NCBI GenBank assembly: GCA_965644265.1
Contig: OZ286474.1
Coordinates: 57,846,001 to 57,910,000, forward strand
Direction: 5' to 3'
DNA: 64,000 bases
From: Glycera tridactyla
Lineage: Eukaryota
Position numbers and translations under genes: made by a program. Below are positions 1-13,849 of this stretch, piece after piece. Under the pieces are notes generated by a model. That model searched no databases. It worked only from the letters and a program-made list of their open reading frames with translations, and had not been told where the DNA came from. Each line of letters begins with the position of its first letter. The first letter of the stretch is position 1.

Positions 1-145
1 TTATCATTTGCGCAGACTGGTTTTACACTTCACAAATCCCCTACCGCCAGTGCTGAAACCTGCCCACCTATTCATGATGGACTGATCCTATTTCGGTTTA
101 CTGTGTGTTCTTCTTCACGATGCTGTATTATGTTTTACATTTCAG

Positions 146-244
146 CGGCGACGACACAGGCAGCTACTACGATGGGGGTAACGACGATGGGCCCGACTGC
201 AGGAACTACCACCAGCTTCATGGTGGTTATGCCTGCCATCCAAC
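146..244 (+). CDS. Gene A exon: Thr-rich linker (AATTQAATTMGVTTMGPTAGTTT...)
   Basis: tttcag acceptor, gtaagc donor, 99 bp, phase 1-1. Confidence 0.75.
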
Positions 245-3200
245 GTAAGCATCGAATTTTCATCCACAAATCATTCTGCAAAAAATACTACGCACTTTAG
301 CCATCACACAGGAGAGCCGAATGAAATATCTTGAAGCATCTTGTAAGAGGAATTCCATAGATTGATCATTGGATCTGAGCTTCCATAGCTAATACCAGGA
401 TTTATTAATGTTTTCACATCTAAAATGATTTTGAATCGATCTGGCGTTGCATGTTACCAGCCCTGACACGCTGATTAGTGACTAAGATCTTTTTGTATTA
501 CTTTCTGTATTTCCGCCTGCCCTGCGAAAAAAGGTTTTGTCTGTTGTCCATTTCCCAATCTCTGAATTCAATATAACGGAACTGTGAAAGTTGACAATGC
601 TGAAGGTGATCGAACGTGATATTGCTTCCATAAAATCAAACTGAGTCATTTGCACTTAGAGCATGGATGTGTCATGCATATTGATAACGGTGCCAAACGC
701 TGGCGAACTGATCTGGTCATTTCAAGCAATCAATGGGAGACCTTGCTTTTAGATCACGGACACATCACTCAGATTTGAGTTGAAGACACATTGGTGATAA
801 GATATTGCAAACTCATATGACATATATCTTTCACTCCATGGGATCATATCTCAGAGATTATGATTAGCATTCCATCCACTCACGGGATTATGTGGGATCG
901 AGCCATATAAGTTGTTTTCTCTGACAATGATCATTGAATTTGTCGCCAGAAAATCTGTCCTCCTCTATTTCGAAACTTTGGATGTGCTCGTGGAACCTAT
1001 CTGCCAACTAAAGAATCAGGTTCGTTCATTCGACCCGGGCACCATGATTTCTGAGAACGCTTGTTCATTATCCATTTGTATGATCATTCACTTTTGTAGA
1101 ATCCTTCCCAAATATGCATATTTTGGGTGGCACCCGATTGGAGAATGCTACCAGCATTGTAGCGCGAGCCAACCCTAGCACCCTGGAAGGCTGTCTGTCT
1201 GCCTGCTCAGGAACCTGCCGAGGTGTGGATTTCAACTTCGCAGAAAATGCATGTTACCTGCACACCACGACAGAATGCGACCCTCTACAACCCAAACCGT
1301 CCTGTGTGCACTATCGCATTGTCGATACCTGCAGTAAGTAGCATATACACTCTATCCAGAACACAGATTCCAGCTGCAGTGCTGGAACGATGTATCCTAT
1401 AACAATTTTGCCTGTACCAGTTTGTCCAGGTTTAGCCCAATTGCCTTTGCTCTGGCCAAAAGCATTTTGAGATGCCATCCCATTTGCTATCACTATCATT
1501 TCAAGTTGATCTGTCGATTCCCCGAATCATACAGAGAAGAACGCACATTTTTCATGAATACATGGGATGTGTGATAGGATAAATCTTCATCTTCATTGGC
1601 CAAGATTAAAATCTCATCAGCCAGATCAGGTAGGTTTTCCCTGGCTCAGGGTTGAAATAATCACAGCAAATATCCTGAAATTCATCATGCATATTGTTTT
1701 GGTGCTTCTGCTGTTCAAATGATGCAATGAGTGAAGTGACCGAAACAACAAGGATTGTTATCTGAATAGTGTATGATGCAAACGAAAAGTCAGTATATCA
1801 TCTTCAATGGCCGCTTTGTAATGTTTGCAATGACCATTTGGCTTTTAGTCACTTTGCCTCTCATTCTATAAACATATTAGGGCAAGGTGAAATCGGATCG
1901 ATGCGTCATTCTACCTTCTCTGAATGTCTTTCTCAACTTTGACATTATGCGAATCTTATAGAAGGAGCAATCTCTCTATGGAATATCATCCATCCACACA
2001 CCTACATTATGTTTCCAGCCAGTACAACAACCACAACGACAACTGCAACACCGGTAACCACAATGCCTGGTCAAACAACAACAGCAATTGGTGAGAGTTA
2101 TGAGCCGGGTTCAAATATGACCTCACTAACTGCGTGCACGGTCCAGAAATGAAGATGCATGTATTTCAATTCAGCAGTGTCCGTTCATCTGATCAATCGC
2201 CAGCATGTATCATATTGGCCAATCTCATGTCATATGCCTTTCAATGTGAATTAAGAATGTTGCAGCGTAATGCCAGTGCACGTCCATGCTGCATGGCTTT
2301 ATTATGGGTTCAATGCCCCCCCCCCCCCGCATTGATAGATTACACCTATTGTCAACAAGTCTGTCAGAGTGTCTTCAAGCTTACCAAGACGCCCTGAAGT
2401 TAAATAATCTTGAATCGAAATGGCACGTGGACAATTTGTTTGAACCATGACCCCTGATTTTGATAGGTTTTTTTTTCTGAAAGATAACTTCATTGTGGAA
2501 GCTACCATCAGTGATATGAATTTTCACGAAAAAAACAGATGTTGCTAGATCCATTGATCACCATGTTCGAGAATTGGCATTTCCAAACATCACCTGGATG
2601 TTCGATCGAAAACAGAGAAAAAAGTGTCAAAAAGCCAGAGAATCATGGAATGGAGGTGGACCTCACAACGCCAATTTTGTCATTGGATCATATGGTCATA
2701 TCTTGGAAATTCATACCATCACATATCATTAATTCTGCCATATTCTAAATACTAAATAGATGACTTGCGAAGCACACAAAAATTACAAGCTATTCACAAT
2801 TATCAAAAATATCAAGTCCAAACGCGTCAGACCAGAGATGGAGATCTGGTGTGAGAGAAACTTCACTTTGTAAACATCTCTGACAAGTTCCAATTTGATC
2901 CTGGGGAAATTCACTTGTGTCTTCAAATCCAGCACGCAAAATGTGTGACCGGACCACCATCATTTTCATCTATGTTCCACTTATCTGATATTTCTTCGAT
3001 ACCATGGTTTCTTATCATTTTTTATCATTTTTGAATCAATTTTCAATATTTGACGTCAATCCCTCCCTTCAGACCATTTCTTCTCTTGGGTCACAGATGA
3101 AGGCATGTTCTATTTATTGTTCTGTTTATTTTGTGTTTTGGTAGTTCGTTCGCCTGTTGGTGTATCATGTTAATTTGGTATCTTCTGTGAATGCTGCACA

Positions 3201-6200
3201 TTTCCATCTTCATTATACCATCACAACATCACTATAATGCAAGAGAATAATCAAATGAGATGCCACTGGGTAGATATGCAAGTACTAATCCTTGAGAAAT
3301 GGGAAGAAAGCATTGCTTTTTCCTCGCGNNNNNNNNNNNNNNNNNNNNNNNNNNNNNNNNNNNNNNNNNNNNNNNNNNNNNNNNNNNNNNNNNNNNNNNN
3401 NNNNNNNNNNNNNNNNNNNNNNNNNNNNNNNNNNNNNNNNNNNNNNNNNNNNNNNNNNNNNNNNNNNNNNNNNNNNNNNNNNNNNNNNNNNNNNNNNNNN
3501 NNNNNNNNNNNNNNNNNNNNNNNNNNNNNNNNNNNNNNNNNNNNNNNNNNNNNNNNNNNNNNNNCGTCTTGTCATCATCATTGTCGTCGTGGTTGACGTC
3601 AACATCAACGTCAGCATCATTAGCATCAGCATCAATACCATCGTTGTTGTGCAATATCATTGATAATAATAATCATAACAATAATTACAATAATGGTAAT
3701 GATATTGACAGCTACACCAATAGTAACAACAACATGATTATTCATCATTACTCCATCATTTGCATTCTAGCTACCCCTACTCCCACGCCTAGTCCAGCCA
3801 CAACAACAGCCGTTGGAACGACGACCGCGGCACCCACGACTAACATTCCGAATGGTAGGCATATTTTTCAATTGAGTGGACCTGCTAAAAGTAAAAACCT
3901 ACCTCGATACAGGTCGCGTTATTCGCTTTTTCATTTTTTGATTTCTTACAGATTCAAAAATGAGAAATCTCATGGAGAGGCAGATATCTGTATCATAATC
4001 TTGATTACGGGCACCGTTGCATCCACTCCTCAATAACCTGGTTGCTACTCATTGTCAGTGAAAAGAGTTCCTTTCCCTTTTTTCTGAATATCCACTGTAT
4101 TCCTACACTATCGCGGTGTTATTGTGTCGGCGGCCCCAGTTTTTAGCAGTTTTGTTATAAACACGCTTATGTCCCAAAGTATTCCTGCCTCGACCATGCC
4201 CTAACCATATCCCGAACCCCAAGCATGAGAATGATGGATTTTGAGAACATTGTCCTTTTTTCATATATCTCAGGAACTAGGAATGACATACTACCCGAGT
4301 CATGAGTCACCCTGATTGTGTATATTGGTTTTGCGGTATTTCTCTGATTGATTGGTTGGGGTATAACATAACCGATCTAGCATACAGACCAACCATATTT
4401 CTGGAATCCAATTTCCCCAATCCCATCACGCGCGACACACTTTCCCTGCCATTACACTGATGGTGTTTCACATCGAACCGATTATGTTATTGAACGTTAT
4501 TCATCCGATTGAATGATACTCTAATGACAAGACTCAACCCCTTGATCACACATACTTCTTACGAGGATTTATGCACAATCCTCCCAATTCCTGAAAAATA
4601 CTGTTCATACGCGCCTTCACCTCAATCCTATAACACTCAGACGTATAGATAAGAGTGCGATATTTTAGGCAAAGTGTTGAGTGGGCATGGTATTTTTCAA
4701 AATACAGAATAGAGGCAGCACTTCAATTTCCAGTAGATGGCACTTATTACTAATTCCCCATATTTCCCAATTCCACCGCTAGTAGCGCTCCATGTAGTCC
4801 TGATTCTGTGTGATGTATCCATTATTCGATGTTGATTTATCTTTTGTAGGGTTTCTGAGCCGTGTGGACGGCATGCACATTATCGGAGGAGAGCTGATTG
4901 CGGCCAGTGTGAATGAGATGCAGTGTCTAGATATGTGCTTGATGTTGCCGACTTGCCTGGCGGTCGACTACAACTCCGCCGAGAGGACCTGTTGGAGGCA
5001 CACTACACTCACCTACTGTAACGCTCTCACAGCCAAAGCCAGCTGCACCCACCTCAAACGGGTCACATGTGGTATGCATCTCCTATCATTTAATTGTTGG
5101 CTATAGCCGTCAAACTTTAGTCAAAGTTGTGGGAGGGGCATTCCCCACTCACTGCCATCATCCCTATATACAAATAGAGCACCTGTTATTCTGGTGAATT
5201 CATGCCTCTATAATATGTGATATATGTGAACATAGAATTTAGAGATAAAACCATATTTGTGTGAAATATGATAGAGAGATAATTTTACAATATAAAAATA
5301 CTGTGCGTCCATGTGATCCAAAGCAAACATTTGTCATGAAATGGGTGCTTGTTCTCTACCCTGCTCGGTGTTGAAGCACTTTGGTCTCTGTCTCTCAAGA
5401 AGGGTGACGGAATTGGCCCAATGGGTATTGAAAGTTTCAGCATCATTACTGTTTGAAATAAGTTGACTTTCCACTGAATTTTTCATTCGTTGATTAGGCT
5501 GTAAAACTGTATAATCGCTAAATGATTCCCAAACACAAGAGCATTTATCTGAGATCTGAAATGATACTCCTATAAGTTAGCAATAGTGCAATAACGAGTG
5601 ACTACAAACCAGCCACAATGTACATGCACATGCAAGCACAGTAGAAAGCGTTCGAAATTTAATCACAGGTTGGGAGTTCGGGCTTGCCGTTAAACCACAA
5701 CCAAACCAAACCGAACTTCAATAAACTCGAAGTCAAGAATCGCTCGTTAATTTCCCATCATATCTGAGCAGCATTCTGTGACAGTTCAATGCAAACAATG
5801 AGAGAAATATTGGGTTTGGTGTGTTGAATCAGATCATACAGGCAGTGAAGAGAAGTTGCAAAGTTGCTCATAAATCGCAAGATATTGGTGGATTCATTCG
5901 CGCAACCAATTCATTAAATTCAGTTCATTCCATATACGAAACACAAACAGAGGTGGTCAAATGCAATGATCTACATCTATCTAATGTACAGTAATCTACA
6001 TACAATTTCACCAATTCTATACCTTGTATATGCTCGACTATCAGCTAATGGTTTTCATTTCCTGTGTGTTCAAGGCGCTACAAACAACTACATCCAGACT
6101 TTCTACCAGTTCCACAAGCTTGGAGGCACGCAGATTTGCAGTGGATGCACGACCGACTCATGTCTAGCGATGTGTTCCGTGGACAGTAATTGCGAGGGTG

Positions 6201-8054
6201 TAGATTATGATAACAGGACAATGAGCTGCTGGCGACATGAAGGCAATAGTGTCTGCACCCCCGCCGTCGCCAAGGTCTATTGTAACCACTACAGCAAGTT
6301 CAACTGCCGTAAGTGTCACTTCTATTGAAACTGAACTGTAATGGACAGATTATGATATCAATCATAGTCAGGATAATAATGATCATCACTTTAAGAAGGA
6401 TGATAATGATGATAATGATGAAATTTGGTATTTTTCACCCTCATTGCTGATGCGGCATCCATCATATCTTTCGCGTAACCTCATTCGTCAATTTATGTTG
6501 ATTCAAGTTGCCGTACCAGGCCAGGTAATGGTTTGTGAATGTTTCTGTTGTAGCTATCACCGTTACACTATCTCCGGTCCCTGCACCGACTGTAACTTCA
6601 ACTCAGTTCGCCATCCTCTTTGCCACACCACCATGTAAGTCCATCATGTGGATGCATCATACCCAGTTTTCATGTTGATCCTTTCTTCATGTGCTCATCA
6701 CAACTTTCATGCACATTAATTCGCAGAATATGGGAGTGATTGTGAGAATGAGAACTAAGATGTTTTTGGTGAGAAACTAGCCATTTTTCTGGATGTCTGA
6801 TCTAAGTAACCACACGCAGCTTAATGCATTAAAGTGATCAGCCCATCCCTCACCCTCCTCAATACACAATGTGATGTTGGTATGTGGTCATTAGCTCACA
6901 GCTCAGATCACTGCTCAGGTGGTGGGAGTGAAATCAGATATGTGACTTCACTCAAATGAGAGAGAGCTAAGAGATCTGAAATAAGGCCCTAGGTCAGCAG
7001 TGGCACTATGATAAGTCACTACAAAAACAGCTACACTAGTACTTCTCTTCGGCATAAACGCACATGCAAGCACGTGCAAGCAATCACAGGCAGAGGGTTG
7101 CGCTTTGCCAAGATTTGACCTGCCACTGATAGATAGCAAATAGCAGCACTGGGAAGATCAGAATCTTCAGGCTTTGACAGTGGTACATGACTGAGATCAT
7201 TCAAAGCAGTCACAATATACAAACAATTCTACAGGGGGCTTCCACTCACTCGCGAGGAGGTCATCGACCAACTACTTCTCCCCTCTGGGTCTGGGAAGGA
7301 GCTAGTGCGAAACGCCCATATTGTCCATTTTTCTCATTTTCCATGAGGAGGACTCATGAAAGAGTTCATCCATGCCCATTGCATTGAACGTCTCATTATG
7401 CAGAGTTACTTTTAGGCAATTAGGGCCCAAGATGACCACTAAATCCGCAAGAGGCTTGCACTCATTCCGTATTGAGTGAGTGCATTTGGGTATTTCATGT
7501 GGAACCAAGCAAACGATTGGGAGATATGTGATCACAAATGAGTGTCAACCTTAAGGAAGCTCATCAGACAAGGCAACCATGACCATGAATGAGGGTGTGT
7601 TTCTGATGTGATGTTTTCAGTTGTGCCACCTGGCTGGGCTGCTTATCCAGGAGTGAACATCCCGGGCGGTGATTACCGGGGCGTAGTTGCCAATGGTGTC
7701 GCATGTATGGACATTTGTTCAGCCGATGGAAACTGTATGTCTTTCGACTTCAATGCCAACAACGGGGGCTGCTGGACACACACCGCAGCCAGGAATTGTG
7801 AAACCCTGGAAAGCGCACCAGTCGTCTACCACGCAAAGAAACTCCCCGTCTGCAGTGAGTTGTGCCTAAAATCTTTGATCATTATGATAAGGATGATAAT
7901 GATTAAATTAACAATACTACTGATATCATTGATAATAGTGATATTGATCATGATGATAATTATGATTATAAAATAAAAATCATAATAATTATAGTAATAA
8001 TAAAAGAGGAAAATAATATGACACTCACTGATGGAGAAGAACAATAATACGAAT

Positions 8055-8119
<65 letters not shown>

Positions 8120-8594
8120 AATCGTCTGATTTGACTTTCAATGGAACGAATGGATTATAAGGTCTTTCGGTGATTGTCAAACTTGTTCACGGGTGTTATG
8201 TATGCTTTTGAAAAGGATGCGCGATCATTTCATCGCATTAATACGGCGAATCTGCCGGCGTTATCGTCTGACCTTTCTTCTGTGAAGCAGTGTAGATATG
8301 GCCGCCTCGTGTGCAGTGAAAGCAGCATGAAATTGACACATTTTGAGCTCTAAGGTGAAATATACAAGGGACTAATTTTTCTAGTTGCCGGAGATGTCGG
8401 ATATGTCTGTCAGTGACTCCCCTTTCAATCCGTTGCGAATTCCTTATGCTAGGGCGAAAAACGTTCCCGAATCATGATCTTTGTTATACAAATATACAGA
8501 GTTGGTAATATATATATTTTGTTTTTGGGTTGCAGTAGTGGATAATGCAGGAAATCCTTACCCGATCCCCACCACGATTGTTGTTACGTCATAA
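146..8594 (+). CDS. Gene A: multi-exon PAN/apple-domain protein with Thr/Pro-rich mucin-like linkers (5'-partial)
   Basis: Exons 146-244, 1100-1333, 2019-2090, 3771-3854, 4850-5071, 6075-6308, 6554-6634, 7621-7854, 8536-8594. All have AG/GT boundaries and internal lengths divisible by 3 (phase 1-1), and they join without stops. Four domains carry CxxxC..C-x-[AGS]-[VF]-D-[FY]-[ND]..C. Another exon could lie in N gap 3329-3564. Confidence 0.85.
1100..1333 (+). CDS. Gene A exon: PAN/apple-like domain 0
   Basis: cttttgtag acceptor, gtaagt donor, 234 bp; GCLSACSGTCRGVDFNFAENACYLH. Confidence 0.9.
2019..2090 (+). CDS. Gene A exon: Thr-rich linker (STTTTTTATPVTTMPGQTTTAI)
   Basis: tttccag acceptor, gtgaga donor, 72 bp. 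Confidence 0.75.
3110..3328 (+). repeat. Dispersed repeat copy (related to ~15320-15520)
   Basis: Shared aatgctgcacatt(t/c)ccatcttcat...aaatgagat...cactggg...gtact(a/c)atcctt...agaaatggg. Confidence 0.7.
3771..3854 (+). CDS. Gene A exon: Thr/Pro-rich linker (TPTPTPSPATTTAVGTTTAAPTT)
   Basis: cattctag acceptor, gtaggc donor, 84 bp. Confidence 0.75.
4850..5071 (+). CDS. Gene A exon: PAN/apple-like domain a
   Basis: cttttgtag acceptor, gtatgc donor, 222 bp; QCLDMCLMLPTCLAVDYNSAERTCWRH. Confidence 0.9.
6075..6308 (+). CDS. Gene A exon: PAN/apple-like domain b
   Basis: gttcaag acceptor, gtaagt donor, 234 bp (same length as the gene B paralogous exon); SCLAMCSVDSNCEGVDYDNRTMSCWRH. Confidence 0.88.
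6554..6634 (+). CDS. Gene A exon: Thr/Pro-rich linker
   Basis: ctgttgtag acceptor, gtaagt donor, 81 bp; ITVTLSPVPAPTVTST. Confidence 0.75.
7621..7854 (+). CDS. Gene A exon: PAN/apple-like domain c
   Basis: gttttcag acceptor, gtgagt donor, 234 bp; ACMDICSADGNCMSFDFNANNGGCWTH. Confidence 0.9.
8055..8119. repeat. (GAT)n microsatellite
   Basis: Direct reading. Confidence 0.95.
8536..8594 (+). CDS. Gene A probable terminal exon (VDNAGNPYPIPTTIVVTS*)
   Basis: ttgcag acceptor in the correct phase, ends in TAA; shares PYPxPT with the gene B terminal exon. Confidence 0.6.
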
Positions 8595-11500
8595 TTGCCG
8601 TCACAACCTGGATGTCGAATGCAGAGTGGGTACGGTACGTTTTGTTGTTGACCAGGAATAGTTCCAGGAAAGTGGAATTCGTGGGGAAATGCAAAGGAGA
8701 AGATGGAATTGCTGAGACTTCTCTGATCCTCAGATCATTTCATGAGCTGCGGGAATCAGCATCGGTTTGCAAACATTTGACCTTTATCATAATTCATCAT
8801 GCAAAAGATGAAGACCATTTGGAAAATACCATGCCTGCAAAATTGGGGACGCGAAAATATCAAAATTGCAGACGCGGATAAGAAATGAGGAAATCCAAAT
8901 GTACCCCGGAGCAAGATAACTTGAATCAATGCTACCTGTAGAAGTATAACGTGCGTAGGACTGATCAGTGGGATTGAAGGAGAATGGACCTGTTACTGCG
9001 ACGACACTTTCTTTTTCGTCCCTCGGTGGCGTTTCCAACGGATCAGTTTGAGCAAAGGGATTCGATGGTTCGTTAGTGAAATGTTCTCATGAGAATATTA
9101 TGCAAAGTATGGTCACTTCAGGAAGAGGCAATCTGTAGAGCAATTTAGTGTGTGGATCTTTGGAAAACAACTAAAAGCCTTTTTCGATCGGTGGGTAAAG
9201 GAACAGAGACAGTGTCCCCCATTCTCCTCCATTCTTCTATATGTTAATGAATCGATACTGCGAAACATGGGTCACCAATGATATTACTGTCAGAGTGTTT
9301 CGGGATTGGTTTTTCAAGTCCAAATTATGGCTGGAAAGCAAAATGGGTGGATGTCAGGAATCAGTTTTGTTTCCAAAAGTAATGATGATTGATCAAAATC
9401 ACTTATAATACAGAGTTCACAAATATTTGGCCATACTAGCGGTGACCGCGAGAGTATTGTCCACAGTAGATGATCTCTCCACATGGGCCACCTCCCTACA
9501 AAGCCTTCTTATTGATGCGACCAAAGATAGTATTTGTGGACAGGTTCGACCGCAACCTTGTAAGAGTAACTTGTTTGGGGAGCCCCATTGCATAAAAAAG
9601 CCAGCCATCGTAGCGACATAATGAGTATTTACACTCTCCAACTCTACATGAAAGATGATTTGATCATAAAAAGAGTATACATATATCTCATCAATAATGG
9701 AAGAATAGGACAGGTCAACAGCCATAGCCGCCTAATGAATGTTTATACTCGAGAAGGTAATGGCAGAAGATCCTGTCGTACAGGCATTATAAAAGTGTGG
9801 TCATAATTGGGAAATTTTTTACCAACAGTCTGTTGTAACCGACTTTCTGGCCAATATTAGTGTCTGTGCACATTTTTGTAGTTACGCCCAGTCCTCTTAT
9901 GGAGAAATGACTATAAATGATTATTAGATGGATGTTGACGGGCGAACCCCTGTTTATGTTGGATCCAACTTATATGACATTTATTGGGTTTTTATATAAA
10001 TATCGAAGGATCCAGTCATGCATTTCTTAAGGCCATGGTATCTTATTGGTGAATAAATGTTCTACTGTATCATCTCGAGGGATATGACTTTCATTCCTCA
10101 TTGCATGGCTTTTTACTGAATAGAACCGACGAGTGAAAGATGTATGTGGACTATGTTTGCCGTTTTCTACACTTTTTCGAGATCTAACTTCTTAAGTCAT
10201 ATGCGTGTTGTCGAAGTGGATATCCATGCAGTTGGAAAGAGTATAACCATTAATCAATTCTTGTCAAGGTGATTCACTCGACTACGACCTTGTGGAACAC
10301 TCTGTAAGTACATTGTACTTATGTATATTCCAATTTTATTTTATTCTGTATATCTTTAATGCTTCTCAGAGCATTCCTGATACGAAATTATATATTTCTA
10401 AAATGGGTTTACCAGAAACACACTGATCGAAGTAATCTATTGGTATGGTGGGAAGAATATTCAATTGAGAGCTTTTTAGTAAATATATTGTTGCATGTTA
10501 GTATGTATATAATTTACTTTGATTTCTTTGCGAACAAAGGACAAACTTGTCCTCGACATCTCCCCGGTTTATATGAGCAATTGGTACACGATCAAAATGC
10601 TACTTAATTTGGATACAGCGCATACAGTTCGTTTCCATGTTGAGGTGTGTTATATATTGTTAGATTATCGCATGTTTTGATATAACTAATGTCTGATGCA
10701 AATTAATGTGGGTTTCCTATTCAAGTGGTAGTAATGTGAATCATTTTTCAATCTCAGCATATCTGGATATCACTTAATATCCGGAAGGTTGCACATCATG
10801 AGATGATTTCCTGAATGAATTGGCGATGGCAGGAAAAAATACCTTTCCAGCAGCGAATGAGCTGTCCACGTGAAATTACGTGTGCAAAATTATCAGTTGT
10901 CTCGTATAGGCATCCGGTTCATAGGTCCAAGAAACTAAGGTACATTTGCTGTTACTTGCGGCACGAGTATTTCCCTATCTGAAATTCAGAATCAATGGAG
11001 TCAATGTCCTTGCGAGATAAATATTGAAGTTGTCGATGACCCGACCAGAACTCAACAGGAACACCGTATTCTGTGACAGAAAAGGTAGAATTAAAGGAGG
11101 ATCAATCCGTACCCGTTTGTACACGCGAGGTCACGGGTCAACCGTCTATTTGGATCATTGTGACCGCCAATGATCCGACCTTGATTCCCTTCAAATAAAT
11201 ATGTTTCCCCCATCACTCCTGCCTTGAATGATAGGTATTATGAATTGCCATGTGTCACAATACTCAGTATGCCTATTGGTGTTGAAAGTTGTCGTTTGGA
11301 TGCAAACTCTGAGGGATTATTAGCAAAAGAGAAAAGAGCAAAAAAAAACAGCCCTGTTGAAGAGTATGCAAACTGTACTCTGGAGCCAAATACTCTAACT
11401 TTTTTCCACGAATGATTTCTATTTTTATACCGTATATCCATGCTGCTTTAGCTTTACTCACTTTTTTGGTGCTATTGAGAAAAGAAGGCATCTGAATTGG

Positions 11501-13370
11501 ATAGCAGTCGAAGACATTTCCCGTGGCATTTGCTGTTATACATTACCAGATGGCGTATATATGATCGAAGTTCGCTGTCTACTGCAATTAGACAAATATC
11601 TAGCTAATAGTCAACCCTTGAATCGTACATCCTGTTTTGCACGACTGGCGATCGAGTTCATAGATGAGTTCCTGACAGAAATCCAAATCATCTCACCAAC
11701 ATTGCTTGGCGGTCCTCTTCAAGCCTGAATATGACTACTCTCCAGGGTGGGGTACACAAGCACAAACATAGTGTTATCTGCATGGGCAAATCAATCAGAG
11801 CATATAGTCCCACATTCACACATGTTTATTCTACCGCTCCATTGGAATGATGAGTTATAATCCGTATTTCCCACTCGTTCACCTCTACATAAAAGCGCCC
11901 CCTGCGTGAAAAGTGCAAATGATAGAGATCCCGTAATCGTGAAAATTCAGTCAACCAATATCGAGTGTGGTCACCTGAATGAGCAGGGGCGCTGGTCACC
12001 ATTATTCAGTCAGGATGTGGAGAGAAGAAGTAGGAAGATGGCAAATGACTCGTCTCATGAATCAGATATGTTATCATCCGAAGACAAGCGGGATGCCATA
12101 GCTCTGGCAAATAGGATACTAATACCTGTAATGTCAATGTATATACACTTGTGGGAATTCTATGATTATCGCCAAGAATATCATGACTATATACTCCAGT
12201 ACTATATTAATATGATTTCCTTCATAGTATTATCTATTCACTTTCATCATGAGTATTATCACCATGGATATGAATACAATCTTCTTCAAGTATATTCTGA
12301 AAATGGAGTGATCCGCTGATTTGTTGACATGAGAATTCATATTGTACTAGCCATCTCATTCTGAGCCGTATGTTGGAGAGAACATACAAAATTCCTATGT
12401 GGAAGAACCGAAAGAAGAAGGGATGAACAAAATAGAAAACTACTAAATGAATTCATTGGAAAAATTATGTAAAAGCAGAAAAATATAATTGTGAGTTGAT
12501 ATCACATACGAGAGTGGATCTTTTTGTTCATGTCCGTAGCACGGCCCTCTGGATTCTTACTGAAGATTCGTCTTCTTATTTCTCATATTGTATATATTTC
12601 ATTGAATAGTGTTCTTTTTCAAGTATTCGTAATTGCGAGATAATGCGTTGGTGTTGGGATTCTGCTTTATAATAAAACACACACGATACAAATAAAAACC
12701 GACAAAATTGTACGACGTGAGTTCTGTTCTTTGTAGGGAGTTTTGAAGGTAGACGTCAGTTTGTTCTTCCGTGCATGGAACCTCAATAAATCCTTGGCAA
12801 AGTGATGCAATTTCTTTGTCTTATTTCACAAGAGGCATTCTGTCCGCATGACACATAAGGCAGCCATGGATTTGAGTTGAATACTTGAATAAGCAACTTG
12901 TCCAATGTACGGTCAGCAAGTTCAATATAAATCCTTTCTACCACAGATGTGCCGTTTTCAGTGAAAGAGAGGGATGTGAGAGAATACTGCTCTCTTTCAC
13001 ACTGTGAAAGAGGCAGCAGTCAAGCGTGGCGCTTCAGGAATTGACAACAATCTTTGACACCGACCTTTGAAATCAACATCGTTCAAACCTGGCAAAGTCT
13101 AGTCTGTAAAATGATTGCTAAAACATTCTTTTTCTGATTACATGGGACAGATTCAGGTTTTACACACACAGCAAATACTTTGATGGGTCTCCCATGATCT
13201 GCCCTATTTAACAAGCCTCGTTGCAGGTCCCTTGCTTGTTTGAGTGAAAATTCTGCTTATTTGTTGATTCATTGAATGAAGCATTCGGCAACTAAGGTAT
13301 ATATATTTTCATATAGAGACTTTGTATCATAATCCTATCTATGGTAGAAAAGCAAGAAACCATACCATCA

Positions 13371-13371
13371 A

Positions 13372-13417
<46 letters not shown>
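13371..13417. repeat. (CAT)n microsatellite
   Basis: Direct reading. Confidence 0.95.
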
Positions 13418-13418
<1 letters not shown>

Positions 13419-13671
13419 GTATGCTGTCCACACTGGACTTCGAATTCCGCAGGGTTCTGACTAATAAACAGTATTGTGGTTCACTGTGAGGTTCGACATA
13501 TGTCGAACATTCTCTGTTCATTGGGGTATTTTAGAGTAAATTATATGCAAATATGGGTTTGAGGAAGGCACCATCCACATGGACAGTATTTCTGTGGTTT
13601 TCTACCGATCTGCTGATTGGGTTATGATGAATGGATACCTAGTTTAGGACACCGGATATAAGTGATAAGTA

Positions 13672-13849
13672 CAGTCGAACCTGCTCTAAAGACCACCTCT
13701 CTATAGAGACCACCTCTCTTTAAAGACCACCCTGAGCTGCGACCGTGGTAGTATTTTCAACAGTAAATGACCTGTCTATAAAGACCACCTGCCTATAGAG
13801 ACCACTTTTTGGTGCGACTGAAGGCGGTCTTTATAGACAGGTTCGACTG
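13672..13849 (+). mobile_element. Tc1/mariner-type MITE
   Basis: TIR cagtcgaacctg...caggttcgactg, flanked by TA on both sides; internal (a/g)gaccacct repeats. Confidence 0.85.

Noticed and set aside
3232-4036. Long ORFs crossing N gaps (also at 14810-15900, 27149-28294, 28750-29165, 46368-46889, 49679-49873, 56551-57084)
   Set aside because: They are open only because N codons contain no stops. Only sub-segments with splice sites and motifs were kept.
5668-5716. SINE-like tail (gttaaaccacaaccaaaccaaacc)
   Set aside because: No A/B boxes or tRNA-like head were visible, so it is too short to call.
9484-9505. Short match tgggccacc...ctacaaagcc to ~46834-46855
   Set aside because: About 20 bp with no extension; compatible with chance.
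13339-13521. Poly-Met/His/Asp/Ile-Tyr ORFs (also 25462-25713, 45036-45221, 50627-50857)
   Set aside because: These are translations of microsatellites.
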